From a virus (lineage: Duplodnaviria; Caudoviricetes): a DNA stretch of 60,366 nucleotides. The stretch lies in the IMG/VR virus record IMGVR_UViG_3300036846_000361, positions 1 to 60,366 of that record. One strand, 5' to 3'. Of this stretch, positions 1 through 9,709 are shown one piece after another (position 1 is the stretch's first letter; every line of letters starts with the position of its first letter). Under the pieces are notes generated by a model. The model did no database searches, was not told the DNA's origin, and saw nothing but the letters and a program-made list of their open reading frames with translations. The translations under genes were made by a program, and so were the position numbers.

Positions 1-127
1 CTGGCACGCTCAGTTCCTCCTCACGACTCGATGATGGCCGTCAGGCCCTTCTCGACGCCTGCCCTCGGGTCACCATCAGTGGCGACGTTCTCGGCCTGCA
101 GGAGACGATGCGCCAGATCCTTGTCGG
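1..127. repeat. Terminal direct repeat, copy 1 (identical to 60240-60366); assembly overlap of a circular or circularly permuted genome
   Basis: First 127 nt equal the last 127 nt; the repeat overlaps coding sequence; 127 is a common assembler k-mer. Confidence 0.95.
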
Positions 128-548
128 TTCCAGCGAGAGCGACCGTCTCATCGACAGAGAGCTTCTTGCCTTCCGGGTTGCTACCCTGGATGTACTCGGC
201 AAGCTCGTACTCTCCCATCTCTGCCAGGCTGCTTCCGGACGTGAGCTGGAGAGGCTGGTTCGGATCTGCTCCGGATTCCAACGCCTCTCTTTCTGCATCC
301 GTGTAGAACGAGTGCAGACGCTCACCCTTCTCCTGCGCGATCAGGCCCATCTGCTCGACCGAGATTTCCTCACCGCGATAACAGTCCACGGGCTCCAGGA
401 CTGTGATACCGGAAGGATCGGACGAGGCTGCCATGTACGAGAACATGAGATCGCGAACGATTCTCGTGTCACCCTGACCCGAGTAGTCGTCGCCACCAGA
501 GTAGCCCTCATCAACGGCCGTCTTGGGCTTGCCGTAGAGTTCTGCCAT
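21..548 (-). CDS. Hypothetical head-associated protein
   Basis: Between the capsid gene and (across the wrap) the head-tail adaptor; strong RBS GGAGGAGG. Confidence 0.6.
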   Translation of the reverse strand: MAELYGKPKTAVDEGYSGGDDYSGQGDTRIVRDLMFSYMAASSDPSGITVLEPVDCYRGEEISVEQMGLIAQEKGERLHSFYTDAEREALESGADPNQPLQLTSGSSLAEMGEYELAEYIQGSNPEGKKLSVDETVALAGTDKDLAHRLLQAENVATDGDPRAGVEKGLTAIIES

Positions 549-558
549 GTCCTCCTCC

Positions 559-1542
559 CTACCCTGCCAGTCCCTGGAACTTCAGGACGGCGAAGCGGTT
601 GTCTACGAACATGAGCGGGCGAACACTGGACTGTGTCCAGTACCGCTGCGTCTCCTGCTCGTACCATTGCTCCGTCGCGAGCGGCTGCTCGACGCGCATC
701 TGACCTGCCTGACCTTCCTGCAGGACGTATGCCGTGCCGGCGGTAACGCGGTTCGTGACGAAGATGTTGAGACCGAGCGACCCAAGCAGGTCGTTCAGCT
801 GCGGCCCGTAGATCCGAGCCAACTGCAGGTACTCCTGAGGATTCATGATCCACAGGTCGTACACGATGCCCAGTTCCTCGGTCTCTGCGATCGACTGTGC
901 TCGCGCAAAGTCGTACCCAGGCCAGACGTTGGAGTTGGACGCTGTCGAGCCGGCAGTGATGACTGCCGACCAGTTGTTGCCGGTGATTACGCGAGTCGGA
1001 GCCGCCTGAACTGCCGCCTCCAACACGCCGACCGCCCGCTGGTTGATCTTGCGAACGATCGTATTGCCGAGCATCCGGACGTTCCGCACGAACACGGACA
1101 CGTCGTTGCGGTCGCGAGCTTCTGTCGTGACGAAGAACTTGCCACCCCACTTCTCGACCTCGGCCACTGCCGGGAAGCGGCGGCTTGAGGTGATCAGCGG
1201 GAACTCTTCACCAGGAGCGACAAGCTGGATGTCACGGTTGGTGTAGAGGTCGTTGGCAAGCAGCTGGTCGTAGATGACCGCGCCACCCGTCACGCCTCCC
1301 GAGTTCGTGAACACGCGATCGGCAAAGAACCTCTGAAGCGTGAGGTCCATCAACGTTCGGGTGACACGCGTCGGCGCGTTCAGGGCGATATCGACCGTGA
1401 TCAACGTCTGGTTGACGGTCGGAGGCCCAAGCGGGTGAGCGACCGGGTTTGCTACCTGTGCCTCGATCGACTTGCCCGCACGCAGGATCCCATCTTGACC
1501 AGGGATCCAGACGATGTCGGTCTGTACTCTCTTTTTCATCAT
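559..1542 (-). CDS. Major capsid protein
   Basis: 327 aa, follows protease/scaffold and decoration genes; capsid-like segments (VAPGEEFP, EVEKWGGKF, DLWIMNP). Confidence 0.85.
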   Translation of the reverse strand: MMKKRVQTDIVWIPGQDGILRAGKSIEAQVANPVAHPLGPPTVNQTLITVDIALNAPTRVTRTLMDLTLQRFFADRVFTNSGGVTGGAVIYDQLLANDLYTNRDIQLVAPGEEFPLITSSRRFPAVAEVEKWGGKFFVTTEARDRNDVSVFVRNVRMLGNTIVRKINQRAVGVLEAAVQAAPTRVITGNNWSAVITAGSTASNSNVWPGYDFARAQSIAETEELGIVYDLWIMNPQEYLQLARIYGPQLNDLLGSLGLNIFVTNRVTAGTAYVLQEGQAGQMRVEQPLATEQWYEQETQRYWTQSSVRPLMFVDNRFAVLKFQGLAG

Positions 1543-1551
1543 CCCTCCTCT

Positions 1552-1986
1552 CTAAATCTCGTACAGGTCGATCTCAGCGTCGGTGTTGATCAGTGCGTCG
1601 TTGCAGCACAGACCGATCGCCACGCCGGCAGCGTTGGGGATGACACTGCCATCGGCAGCGACCTCCACTTCCGTTCCGGCCTGAACAGCAGCACTGCAGG
1701 TGATCGGGACGATGCCGCCCTTGGCGATACCGACCTTCCCACCGATTACCGCGTCCCACTTGGCGACGCCGAACACACGCTTGCCCGCTCCCAAAGCACG
1801 ACCGCCCGCACTGGGATGGCCGACTTGGTAGAGAGTGCCTGTGTCCGCTGTTGCCGCCAACTGCTCTCCGGGACCTCCTGGCTTGGTGGCCGTGATCTGA
1901 ACGCACTTCTTGCCAGTGATCGCGGCCGTCGCTACGCCGGTGACATCGTCACCAGGGGTTTTGTACGGGATGAGGTCGTTGGCCAT
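1552..1986 (-). CDS. Capsid decoration/cement protein (DUF2190-like)
   Basis: 144 aa Gly/Ala-rich, motif FGVAKWDA..GGKVGI..GGIVPI; directly upstream of capsid gene. Confidence 0.75.
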   Translation of the reverse strand: MANDLIPYKTPGDDVTGVATAAITGKKCVQITATKPGGPGEQLAATADTGTLYQVGHPSAGGRALGAGKRVFGVAKWDAVIGGKVGIAKGGIVPITCSAAVQAGTEVEVAADGSVIPNAAGVAIGLCCNDALINTDAEIDLYEI

Positions 1987-1989
1987 CCC

Positions 1990-3573
1990 CTAACCCTCCT
2001 TTGCCTGAACGACCAGCCGGTTCGCGACGGCATTTCTGCGAATCACGGCGATTTCGGGGAACCAGTCTTCCGGCAGACTTGCAGCGTTGCCGGCCTCCAG
2101 GCCCTCGCCATCTGACCCGCCGGACGAACCACGCTCGGTGACAGGGACAAGTCCCTTCTCCAGTCCGTCCAACAGAGTCTTGCTACCCTGGTAGTCGGCA
2201 GACAACGCCTTCTTCCAGTGCTCACGGCGGGCGGGCGGAATGCGTCCGTCCGACACAGCCACATCGACGGTCTCGGCAACCAGGATCGTCTGCCGCTCGC
2301 GCTCGTGACGCAGAGCCGCTTCGGATCCTGCCTTGAGCGAATCGAATGTCGCTCGATCGAGCGTGACGACGCCATCCGTGACCTCGTTGCCGGTTTTCTT
2401 GTCGTCATCGTCGTCACCGTTGTCGTCGTCGTCGTCACCTGATGGAGTTTCGGTCGTGGCCGTGGCTGTGGCCGTTCCGCCTCCATCACCTTCTTCGCCC
2501 TCCTGTGAAGCCAGGAGGTTCGTCGCCAAAGTGGCGTTGATCTGCTCGGGAGTGGCATCCTCGGGCAGACCAAGCCGGGCGACCAGAGCGGTACGAGTTG
2601 CCTCGTCCATCTGCTGCTCTCCTTCCCTGGTCGGTTGATCAGGGCTCTCTGCCCTGGATGCGTAGATGACCATCTCGCGATCGGCAATGGCCATCCCGGC
2701 GAGCACAGCCGAAGCTGCAACCGCCTTGTCCGGATACTCCTCTGTCACGAGCACAGGATCACCGAACTTCACGTCGTTGCCGTCCACTTCGACAGGAACG
2801 CGTGACAACTCTCCGTCTCCCGTATCAACGATGAGGTTGTACCCCTCCTCGTTGTCGAATCTCTCGCCACGAATCCAGGCCTGCCAGTTCTCCTTGCCAG
2901 GCCCATCGTTGTAGAACTTGCGACGGATCAGGGAGACATCTACCGCCGCCTCGAACTCGGCCTTGTTCTTGTGGGTCATACCTCCTCCTGAAGCGGCGAT
3001 TTCCGCCGTGTCTACTTCGATGCCTTCCGGGATGTCTGCCCCATACCACACTGGCAGATCCGTCAGGACTGAACATCCGGGCCAGCGCACGCCGAGTAGT
3101 GACACGGCAGTGATGACTAGCTCGTAACCCTTACCAGTCACGGTCTCTACGTCTTGTACAGCTTCGATCGAGCGCGACGGGTATGCGTTCGGCAGAACAG
3201 TGGCGAGCCATTCAGGCACCCCGACATAGTCACCGAGGATCGTCTGATTGTTCTCGCCAAGTCTGAGGTTCTCAACTCTGCCGAACGCTTGTTCTGCATC
3301 TCCGATGAGAGCCTCATTGTACGAGGACGAATGACCGAGCTTGATCCTCGGGACGTTGATGGCAACATCGCCGATGGCCTTGACCGCGTCGGCGAGCATG
3401 TCTTCTGTGAAGGTCGCCGGACCAGATGCCAACTTGTACTCGATCCCGGTCGAGCAGATCGGTACTTCATCGACATGCCAAACGCCCTTATCGTCCTTGT
3501 ACGGGTTCACTTCTTCTTCTGCACCTTCTTGGGCAACTTGCCCTTGTTGTCGAAGTGATGTTTCTGCGCCCAC
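1990..3573 (-). CDS. Capsid maturation protease / scaffold fusion
   Basis: N-terminal IKLGH...YPSRSIE...TAVSLLG resembles Mu-type protease; helical acidic C-terminus with VSDGRIPPA is scaffold-like; start uncertain. Confidence 0.75.
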   Translation of the reverse strand: MGAETSLRQQGQVAQEGAEEEVNPYKDDKGVWHVDEVPICSTGIEYKLASGPATFTEDMLADAVKAIGDVAINVPRIKLGHSSSYNEALIGDAEQAFGRVENLRLGENNQTILGDYVGVPEWLATVLPNAYPSRSIEAVQDVETVTGKGYELVITAVSLLGVRWPGCSVLTDLPVWYGADIPEGIEVDTAEIAASGGGMTHKNKAEFEAAVDVSLIRRKFYNDGPGKENWQAWIRGERFDNEEGYNLIVDTGDGELSRVPVEVDGNDVKFGDPVLVTEEYPDKAVAASAVLAGMAIADREMVIYASRAESPDQPTREGEQQMDEATRTALVARLGLPEDATPEQINATLATNLLASQEGEEGDGGGTATATATTETPSGDDDDDNGDDDDDKKTGNEVTDGVVTLDRATFDSLKAGSEAALRHERERQTILVAETVDVAVSDGRIPPARREHWKKALSADYQGSKTLLDGLEKGLVPVTERGSSGGSDGEGLEAGNAASLPEDWFPEIAVIRRNAVANRLVVQAKEG

Positions 3574-3628
3574 TTCTTGCCGAAGTGGGAGTAGATGTAG
3601 CCCCGCTGTGCCTGAGACTTCGCCGGCA

Positions 3629-3820
3629 TTACGGGACTTTCAGACCTGTGCTCTTGTCCTTGAACAACTGCTCTTGGAGCATCTTGCCGCTCGCGTCGGC
3701 GTTCATGCGAGCGCGGTTGGCGGGGATTCCGCCCAGAGGCCCGTTGGTCGGATCGCTGGTATCGACCCGTCCTGAAGGCATACCAGCGACAGTGCTGTTG
3801 CTACGCGAGTTCTTCGCCAT
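3629..3820 (-). CDS. Small hypothetical protein
   Basis: MAKNSRS... with RBS GAGGAGG, between portal and protease genes. Confidence 0.5.
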   Translation of the reverse strand: MAKNSRSNSTVAGMPSGRVDTSDPTNGPLGGIPANRARMNADASGKMLQEQLFKDKSTGLKVP

Positions 3821-5246
3821 CTTCTCCCTCCTCATCAGTTGAGGCAAACAGCGGGTTCAGGCTGGAGGGAGCACCCTGGCCATCCCCCGCTGCTGCCTGG
3901 ACCCCGGTACCATCCTGCGCTGTGGAACCGGGTTCATTGGGATTATCCGGTGGCTCGGTCAGGGCTGGTATTGGCCGAGCCGTTGCCTTGTCCATCTCCG
4001 GCAACCCCATTTCCTTGCGGACGTATGCCTCAAGCTCGTCGTCCATGACGATCCCTCCAGACTTCACCATGTTGGCGAGGTCGAGAGCCACAAACTCCGG
4101 ATCATACTCGTACGAGAGTCGAGGCACCTGGTCCACTTGCTCGCCGTAGTTCCAATCGATGTCATCCTCGATGACATGTTCGTTGAACGTATCGGCGAAC
4201 CAATTGGCGATAGCCGACAGGCCATGCGCCCAAAAGTCGATAAACGTCGCGCCGAGAGCGCGAGAGCCGGTCTGCGTCTGGCCAAGTTGCATGATCATCA
4301 GCATGAATCTGCGAGCCATGGCCTCGTCGTGGTACTTGATCGAGTTGATCACTTGGCTGTTTGTGCCACGAGCTACTTCGAGCTTTGCGCCCGCAGGAAC
4401 GGCTCCGCCCGACGTGTCTCCGATCCTGAAGCCTTTGGCCATCTCGTTCAGAGCCTTGATCTCATCGACGGTCGCTCCGGGGTGCGCCTCGATGTAGGGA
4501 ACACCGCCGGCACGTTCATGGTTGATCGCGTCGATTCTGATCAAGCGATCCTTGACGATCCAGTTCTTGTAGATGTCGCGGAACCAGGACCTGCCAACCC
4601 AGTTCGCGCCTTCCTGATCCCAGACGTATCCGACCAGACGGTCAATCGGGATCTCAGGCAGCTGGCCCCACCCGACTGGGCCTTGCCCGTTGGAGACGTT
4701 CTGGATGATGGAGAGTAGACCGCCATCGTCAGCGAGGCGGAAAGTCGAGATGGTGCGCGGCGGGCGCTCGGCGAGCTTCCGCAGATGCCACAAACGGTCG
4801 TCCGGGTCAATGGTGCCTACCTGCTCGAAGTAGTAGTGCCCATAGATCCCGGCCATCATCGCGAGGCGCATGTGTCTGTCGAACGAGAACCGGCCCTTGG
4901 TGCGAAGCCGATTGTCCACCTTGTCTCCGAGGATCGGCAGGTTGTAGTCCTTGGAGAGCTTGGTGACCATTTCCTCTTCTGCGCCGTTGGGATCGAGCGA
5001 CCATTTGAATCGACGGATGGCCATCGAGGTCGCCTGGAACAACGAGGCAATCTGCGAGTCTGACCGCATCCGCTCGTACGTCCGAACCGAGTTGGGCCAT
5101 ATCAGTTCGGGAACATACTCGTCCAGATCGACAAAACTGACCCATGGCGCCATATCCCCAACGCCCCAAGCGCCATTGACGACCGCACCTAGCTCGTTGG
5201 TGGGAGGACGAGACCCAGTGTTCGTTTTGACGATCGGAGGAGCCAT
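3801..5246 (-). CDS. Portal protein (Mu gp29/DUF935-like)
   Basis: 481 aa; motifs YERMRSDSQI, IKYHDEAMAR, TGSRALG; position between terminase/lysis and protease. Confidence 0.85.
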   Translation of the reverse strand: MAPPIVKTNTGSRPPTNELGAVVNGAWGVGDMAPWVSFVDLDEYVPELIWPNSVRTYERMRSDSQIASLFQATSMAIRRFKWSLDPNGAEEEMVTKLSKDYNLPILGDKVDNRLRTKGRFSFDRHMRLAMMAGIYGHYYFEQVGTIDPDDRLWHLRKLAERPPRTISTFRLADDGGLLSIIQNVSNGQGPVGWGQLPEIPIDRLVGYVWDQEGANWVGRSWFRDIYKNWIVKDRLIRIDAINHERAGGVPYIEAHPGATVDEIKALNEMAKGFRIGDTSGGAVPAGAKLEVARGTNSQVINSIKYHDEAMARRFMLMIMQLGQTQTGSRALGATFIDFWAHGLSAIANWFADTFNEHVIEDDIDWNYGEQVDQVPRLSYEYDPEFVALDLANMVKSGGIVMDDELEAYVRKEMGLPEMDKATARPIPALTEPPDNPNEPGSTAQDGTGVQAAAGDGQGAPSSLNPLFASTDEEGEDGEELA

Positions 5247-5332
5247 TACCAGATGTGAATCAGTCCGATGAGCAGGACGACGAAGACGCCGACCATCGCC
5301 AACTCACCCAGTGTGGCTGTTCTGAAGTTCAT
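5246..5332 (-). CDS. 28-aa single-TM membrane protein (lysis cassette; absent from ORF track)
   Basis: MNFRTATLGELAMVGVFVVLLIGLIHIW; start and stop overlap both neighbours. Confidence 0.55.
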   Translation of the reverse strand: MNFRTATLGELAMVGVFVVLLIGLIHIW

Positions 5333-5511
5333 TTGTCATCATCTCCGTTGTTCGGGAGTGACACGATCGCAATTGCAATTCCCCCTACAATGCCGAGTGC
5401 CGCCAGCAAGTCCGTCGAAGCGTTTTGATGCAGCGCGAGCACGATGATCGCGAGCGTGAGCGCAACGACCGATAGCACAATCAAATACGCTTGACGTCTT
5501 GCTGGCTTCAC
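5329..5511 (-). CDS. Putative holin (2 TM)
   Basis: Two hydrophobic segments and charged tail; near endolysin. Confidence 0.55.
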   Translation of the reverse strand: MKPARRQAYLIVLSVVALTLAIIVLALHQNASTDLLAALGIVGGIAIAIVSLPNNGDDDK

Positions 5512-5526
5512 TCAGCACCCTTCCTC

Positions 5527-6216
5527 CTACTTGACGGTTGTCGTGCCTTCGAGGTAACCGTCCATGCCGTTGACGCGGATCATCACCGAACCGGTGAAGT
5601 CCTGCGGATAGGTCACGGACGACGTGCCGTCGTTCGCAACCGTCCGCACCGTGACCAGATCGTCGGCTGTCGTGCCGGCCTGGATCTTCACGACCGCGCA
5701 CTCGTCGAACGACTTGTCCCAGTTGAACCCCAGCGTCTTGCGCTGGTAGAAGTCGAGACCGCCGACCTCTTCACCGCCACCATCCGGCTGATCTGGCGGA
5801 AGCACGATCGGGTGCGTCGGCTCTCCACCGCCAGGAGCAATGGGATGCGTCGGCTCGCCACCACCGGGAGCGATGGGATGTTCCGGATGCGCATCGCCTG
5901 GGCCACCCGGTGCGATCGGGTGCTCCGGATGAGCATCGGGCGGCCAGACCGTCTCCGGTGGCAGCACGATCGGATGCTCTGGCGTCCCGCCGCCTGGCGC
6001 GATCGGATGCGCAGGGTGCTCGTCACCAGGAAGCACGATCGGGTGCTCCGGATGCGGCTGCGGCCCAGGAAGGCCGATGTCCACGTACGGCGGTGCCTCG
6101 CCACCCCAGATGCCCGGCGGCTCGGACGGCGTGTCCGGCGGAAGCACGATCGGATGCTCCGGGCGCTCACCCCGCTCTGGGGCGACGATCCATACGGGTC
6201 CAGCGATTTTTGCCAT
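5527..6216 (-). CDS. Pro/His-rich repeat protein (P-E/T/A-HPI repeats)
   Basis: Eight PxHPI(V/A) repeats followed by a beta-rich C-terminal domain. Confidence 0.7.
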   Translation of the reverse strand: MAKIAGPVWIVAPERGERPEHPIVLPPDTPSEPPGIWGGEAPPYVDIGLPGPQPHPEHPIVLPGDEHPAHPIAPGGGTPEHPIVLPPETVWPPDAHPEHPIAPGGPGDAHPEHPIAPGGGEPTHPIAPGGGEPTHPIVLPPDQPDGGGEEVGGLDFYQRKTLGFNWDKSFDECAVVKIQAGTTADDLVTVRTVANDGTSSVTYPQDFTGSVMIRVNGMDGYLEGTTTVK

Positions 6217-6244
6217 TCTTACTCCCTCCAAACTTTGTCAAGGG

Positions 6245-7150
6245 TTACTCGGCGACGCGCACAAACACCAGTGCCGCCTCCGAGGATGAACGGGTCCTTC
6301 TCATTACCTCCCCTCCGTTGGAGTTATTGCTGGCTGAGGTATTGCCTTCGATTGCCTTGAACGATCCTGCGTTGCCGGACTCGAAGATCCCGACGTGGTC
6401 GTGCTCGCCGTCCCACGACCAGTCGTAGCAGACAAGATCGCCTGGCTTTGGACTGCTGGTAATGGAGAGGCCGTTCACTCCGAGACGTGCGTCGTTGACT
6501 ATGTATGGAACGTAGGCGTAGCGGCTGCCCTTCTTGAAGCGACCGGACGGATTGTCACCGATGCAGTCGCACCAGCTGACGAATATCGCGCACCAGGGGC
6601 CGACCATCCCGTACCAGGTGCAGTACTTGCATTGGTTTGAATTGGGAGGCGATTCCTTGATGCCAATCTGCGTCGTGGCCATCCGTAGCCGCTCCAACGC
6701 CGAACTCGACTGCGATGGCGGCGGTGGCTCCTTGCCCTTGAAACGTTCCCAGGCGGCATTGATCAGTTCGACCGAGCGCGCGTCCATCGCAGGCTCGCCC
6801 GCGTGAGGCAGGCCGTCCGGAATGCGAACCGAGCGCAGCAGATTGAACGTCTCCTGCCCAACATATCCGGTCACAGGCGAGATGTTCCCTTGCCTTTGTA
6901 CACCGGCGACGCCAGTGTCGATCACGTTGCCACCCTTGAGCCCGTGGCTGAAGCCGTTACTGAACGCCTGATCGAACGCCTGCCATTCCCAGCGGCCTGC
7001 GCGTGAGACGGTGCGCTTGTACGCCTCGACATCGGAGCCATCGACCGACGCTGGGTAGCCTTGCGCGTCGGGCGGGTAGAGCGGACGCGGGAATCCACGA
7101 ACCGCGACCATCGGCCCACCAGGATAACCATGCTCCCACCAGTCAGTCAC
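6245..7150 (-). CDS. Endolysin with C-terminal CHAP domain
   Basis: PWCAIFVSW, PKPGDLVCYDW, DHVGI, AIEGNT are CHAP motifs; GTG start overlaps terminase stop. Confidence 0.85.
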   Translation of the reverse strand: MTDWWEHGYPGGPMVAVRGFPRPLYPPDAQGYPASVDGSDVEAYKRTVSRAGRWEWQAFDQAFSNGFSHGLKGGNVIDTGVAGVQRQGNISPVTGYVGQETFNLLRSVRIPDGLPHAGEPAMDARSVELINAAWERFKGKEPPPPSQSSSALERLRMATTQIGIKESPPNSNQCKYCTWYGMVGPWCAIFVSWCDCIGDNPSGRFKKGSRYAYVPYIVNDARLGVNGLSITSSPKPGDLVCYDWSWDGEHDHVGIFESGNAGSFKAIEGNTSASNNSNGGEVMRRTRSSSEAALVFVRVAE

Positions 7151-8685
7151 TACATCTCCTTGTCGATCAGGTCGGAGGCAATCGAACCTTCCAATTGCAT
7201 GTTCACGAACGGCGGTCGAGCGACGCATGAGTAGACGCAGGCATCCGCGCGATCCGGCGAATCAATACCGCGACCACGCATGTCGTCTTTCGACTCAATC
7301 TGAATGCGACCGAACGAGTCCACGAACCACTTGATCGACTGAAGCTGTTGATGGAGAATATCGTCCTCCGGATCCAAGTCGATCAAGCCTGCCTCCAGAT
7401 CCTGGCGAAACTGCCAATAGACCTCGGCACGACGATTCTTGAACTTGTCCGGGCGGTGAGCACGCTCTCCACCGGCAAAGCCGACGATCGCGTAACCCAT
7501 CTCGCGCAGACGATCATGCGGGCCGGCACCGAGCCCCACGATGTCAATCACAATCGGCGGGCGACGGAGATGGTCATGCCGATCGAGGATGTTCTTGATC
7601 CGGCCGGTCGATTGCATCGTGTCGGTCATTCCCCATGACTCGACGAACCGGATCACGCCACCGCGATTCCGGTACACGACCGACTTGTCGGTGCCCATGC
7701 GAGCTACGTCCACCCCGTAGCGACCCTTCTCAAATCCGGCCTTGTGAGTCTCGATCCCGGTCGTGATCATGCCAGGCGTGATCAGGTACTCGTCCGAAAC
7801 ATCGGGGAACTCGGCCATGACCTTGGAGACCCAAAGCGGGCTGCCCTCGCCCCAGTCACGACGGCGGTCTTCAACCCAACCCAGAGAGACCAGGTTCTCC
7901 GCGACGTCAGGAGGAACCGGCTCGCCGGTGAAGTTGGGCGTGTCATGCGCAGGGATGGTAACGACGTTCCAACCGGATCCAGGCTTGCATACTTGTGCAA
8001 AGCGGGATCCCGGATCATCGGGGTTGCCGATCGCCAGGAAACGGGCATTGTCGTTCGTCATGAGCGTCAAGGCCGCTACCCACAGCTGCTCCGGGATCCC
8101 GCACGCCTCGTCGAAGATGATCAGGATGTGACGCGCATGCAAACCCTGGAATGCGCTCTCGTCGTAGTCTGCTGGTTTGCGTCCCATCGCGATCAGTTCT
8201 TCGTTACTGTGACCCTCACCCATGTACATCTGGCAGTCCAGGGTGATCCTGCCAGGCAATTTGCCCTTCCTGTGCGCTCGGCGCATCTCGCGCCAGAGAA
8301 TTGCCTGAACCTGCGGCCAAGACGGCGCGGTGGTGATCGCGAACGCATCCCCCAGTTCGTGAACGTCGAGCCACCACAGCGCTACCCTGGACGCTATGAA
8401 GGACTTGCCAGGTCCGTGACAAGCCTTCACCGCCGTGTACTTGTTGACCACGACGGATTCTGCGATTTCTTCTTGCTTGCTCCAGATGAACTCACCCAGG
8501 CGTTCCTCGACCCAGGCGACGGGACTGTCCTGATACGGCGCAGGCTCGGGAAACATGTACCTGAGTGCCGCCGCTGCAGCCCCGGAGGGCAAGGGCGGTG
8601 TTGCGAACAGCGGGTCAGCGGGGGAGTCCTTCCGCTGTTGCCGAGGGGGTGCCGTCTTTGCCCTCCGAGCTTTAACGCTTGCCAT
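7150..8685 (-). CDS. Terminase large subunit
   Basis: Walker A ACHGPGKS, Walker B IIFDEA, coupling motif IGNP, nuclease GVDVAR and SPDRADA. Confidence 0.95.
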   Translation of the reverse strand: MASVKARRAKTAPPRQQRKDSPADPLFATPPLPSGAAAAALRYMFPEPAPYQDSPVAWVEERLGEFIWSKQEEIAESVVVNKYTAVKACHGPGKSFIASRVALWWLDVHELGDAFAITTAPSWPQVQAILWREMRRAHRKGKLPGRITLDCQMYMGEGHSNEELIAMGRKPADYDESAFQGLHARHILIIFDEACGIPEQLWVAALTLMTNDNARFLAIGNPDDPGSRFAQVCKPGSGWNVVTIPAHDTPNFTGEPVPPDVAENLVSLGWVEDRRRDWGEGSPLWVSKVMAEFPDVSDEYLITPGMITTGIETHKAGFEKGRYGVDVARMGTDKSVVYRNRGGVIRFVESWGMTDTMQSTGRIKNILDRHDHLRRPPIVIDIVGLGAGPHDRLREMGYAIVGFAGGERAHRPDKFKNRRAEVYWQFRQDLEAGLIDLDPEDDILHQQLQSIKWFVDSFGRIQIESKDDMRGRGIDSPDRADACVYSCVARPPFVNMQLEGSIASDLIDKEM

Positions 8686-9403
8686 TGGTTTCCTCAAGTT
8701 GGGCGACCGGCGTGCCTTCCAGCATGATCAGATGCTTGCGGACAACAACCGGCCAGACCGACCTCTGAGAAGGACTGAGGTCCAGATCCTTCTGAATGCC
8801 TTCCAGGAGCCGCGCGATCGTCGCGCCGAATTGCTCGGCCATGCGGACGGTGCGCTCGGCCAAACCCAGGGCGATCGCATCCTTGGAGTACCGCACAAGC
8901 CGGTCCAGTGCATCGGCCCGCGCTCTCTGGAAGACGTGAAGCTGTTTACCGCTGATCGTGAACTCGATCCAATCCGGCTTGTTGTTGATCTCGGCGATCT
9001 GCGAGGACAACCACTCGACCTCGCCCGCCGTAATCTTGATGGCCCAGACGATCGCGTCCAGGGCACTGATGTCCTTGGGCCGTCCCATGAACGTGATCTG
9101 ACGGTTCCTCTCAGCGCGGGCGCGATGCTGCGGCGAGCTTCCACCGTGGTACTTGCAGCGACCGAAGCCAGGATGGTCCGTTCCCCAGCCTGCCTTCTTC
9201 ATGCAATACAAGTCACCGCCGTTCTCGTCCCGCGTCTTGCGGTGAGCGGCGCAGTAACCGAGCTTCTCCCAATGCTCTTTACCGTTCGTGTTCGTGGAGG
9301 GCTGATCCCAGACATTCTTGCCCTTGCGGACGCGCGGCTTGTCCGTGATCTTCGTTCCGTTGACTGCGCGCTTGCGTCCTTCAGCGTGTGGGTACTTTGC
9401 CAC
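8672..9403 (-). CDS. Terminase small subunit
   Basis: Upstream of and overlapping TerL; C..C..GRCKYHGG motif typical of actinophage TerS-like proteins. Confidence 0.75.
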   Translation of the reverse strand: MAKYPHAEGRKRAVNGTKITDKPRVRKGKNVWDQPSTNTNGKEHWEKLGYCAAHRKTRDENGGDLYCMKKAGWGTDHPGFGRCKYHGGSSPQHRARAERNRQITFMGRPKDISALDAIVWAIKITAGEVEWLSSQIAEINNKPDWIEFTISGKQLHVFQRARADALDRLVRYSKDAIALGLAERTVRMAEQFGATIARLLEGIQKDLDLSPSQRSVWPVVVRKHLIMLEGTPVAQLEETNGKR

Positions 9404-9597
9404 TACAGGGGCGCCACTGGTCGCTTGATAACGACTACAGGCCCCGTGGAGTAGTAGTAGCCATGCACCGGATCAAAGAAGAACTCACGGATCGGCGGCG
9501 GCTGACCATAGCCAAGATCAATAGGCTCGTACTCTGGGGGTCTCCAAGTCGTGCCTTCGACGGCTTGGTCAACAAGGCGAGCGGGATCCGAGGACAC
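9403..9597 (-). CDS. Hypothetical protein
   Basis: 64 aa, stop coupled to TerS start. Confidence 0.5.
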   Translation of the reverse strand: MSSDPARLVDQAVEGTTWRPPEYEPIDLGYGQPPPIREFFFDPVHGYYYSTGPVVVIKRPVAPL

Positions 9598-9709
9598 GGC
9601 GAGACCCTATCGCAGCCGCGCGGCGGGCGCTAGACTGGTGTATCCGGCTCGCGTACGTCGGGCGGGCGCTCGCGTCCGCGCGTACCGGCGCGCGTTATAT
9701 AACAGCGTC

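Noticed and set aside
1-127. 127-bp terminal repeat as a biological direct terminal repeat
   Set aside because: Overlaps coding sequence in the middle of the virion operon and equals a typical assembler k-mer; it shows circularity only
8656-8667. 12-nt match CTTTGCCCTCCG between the TerL 5' region and the large RNA (15011-15022)
   Set aside because: A few 12-mer matches are expected by chance, and the RNA copy is locked in a stem
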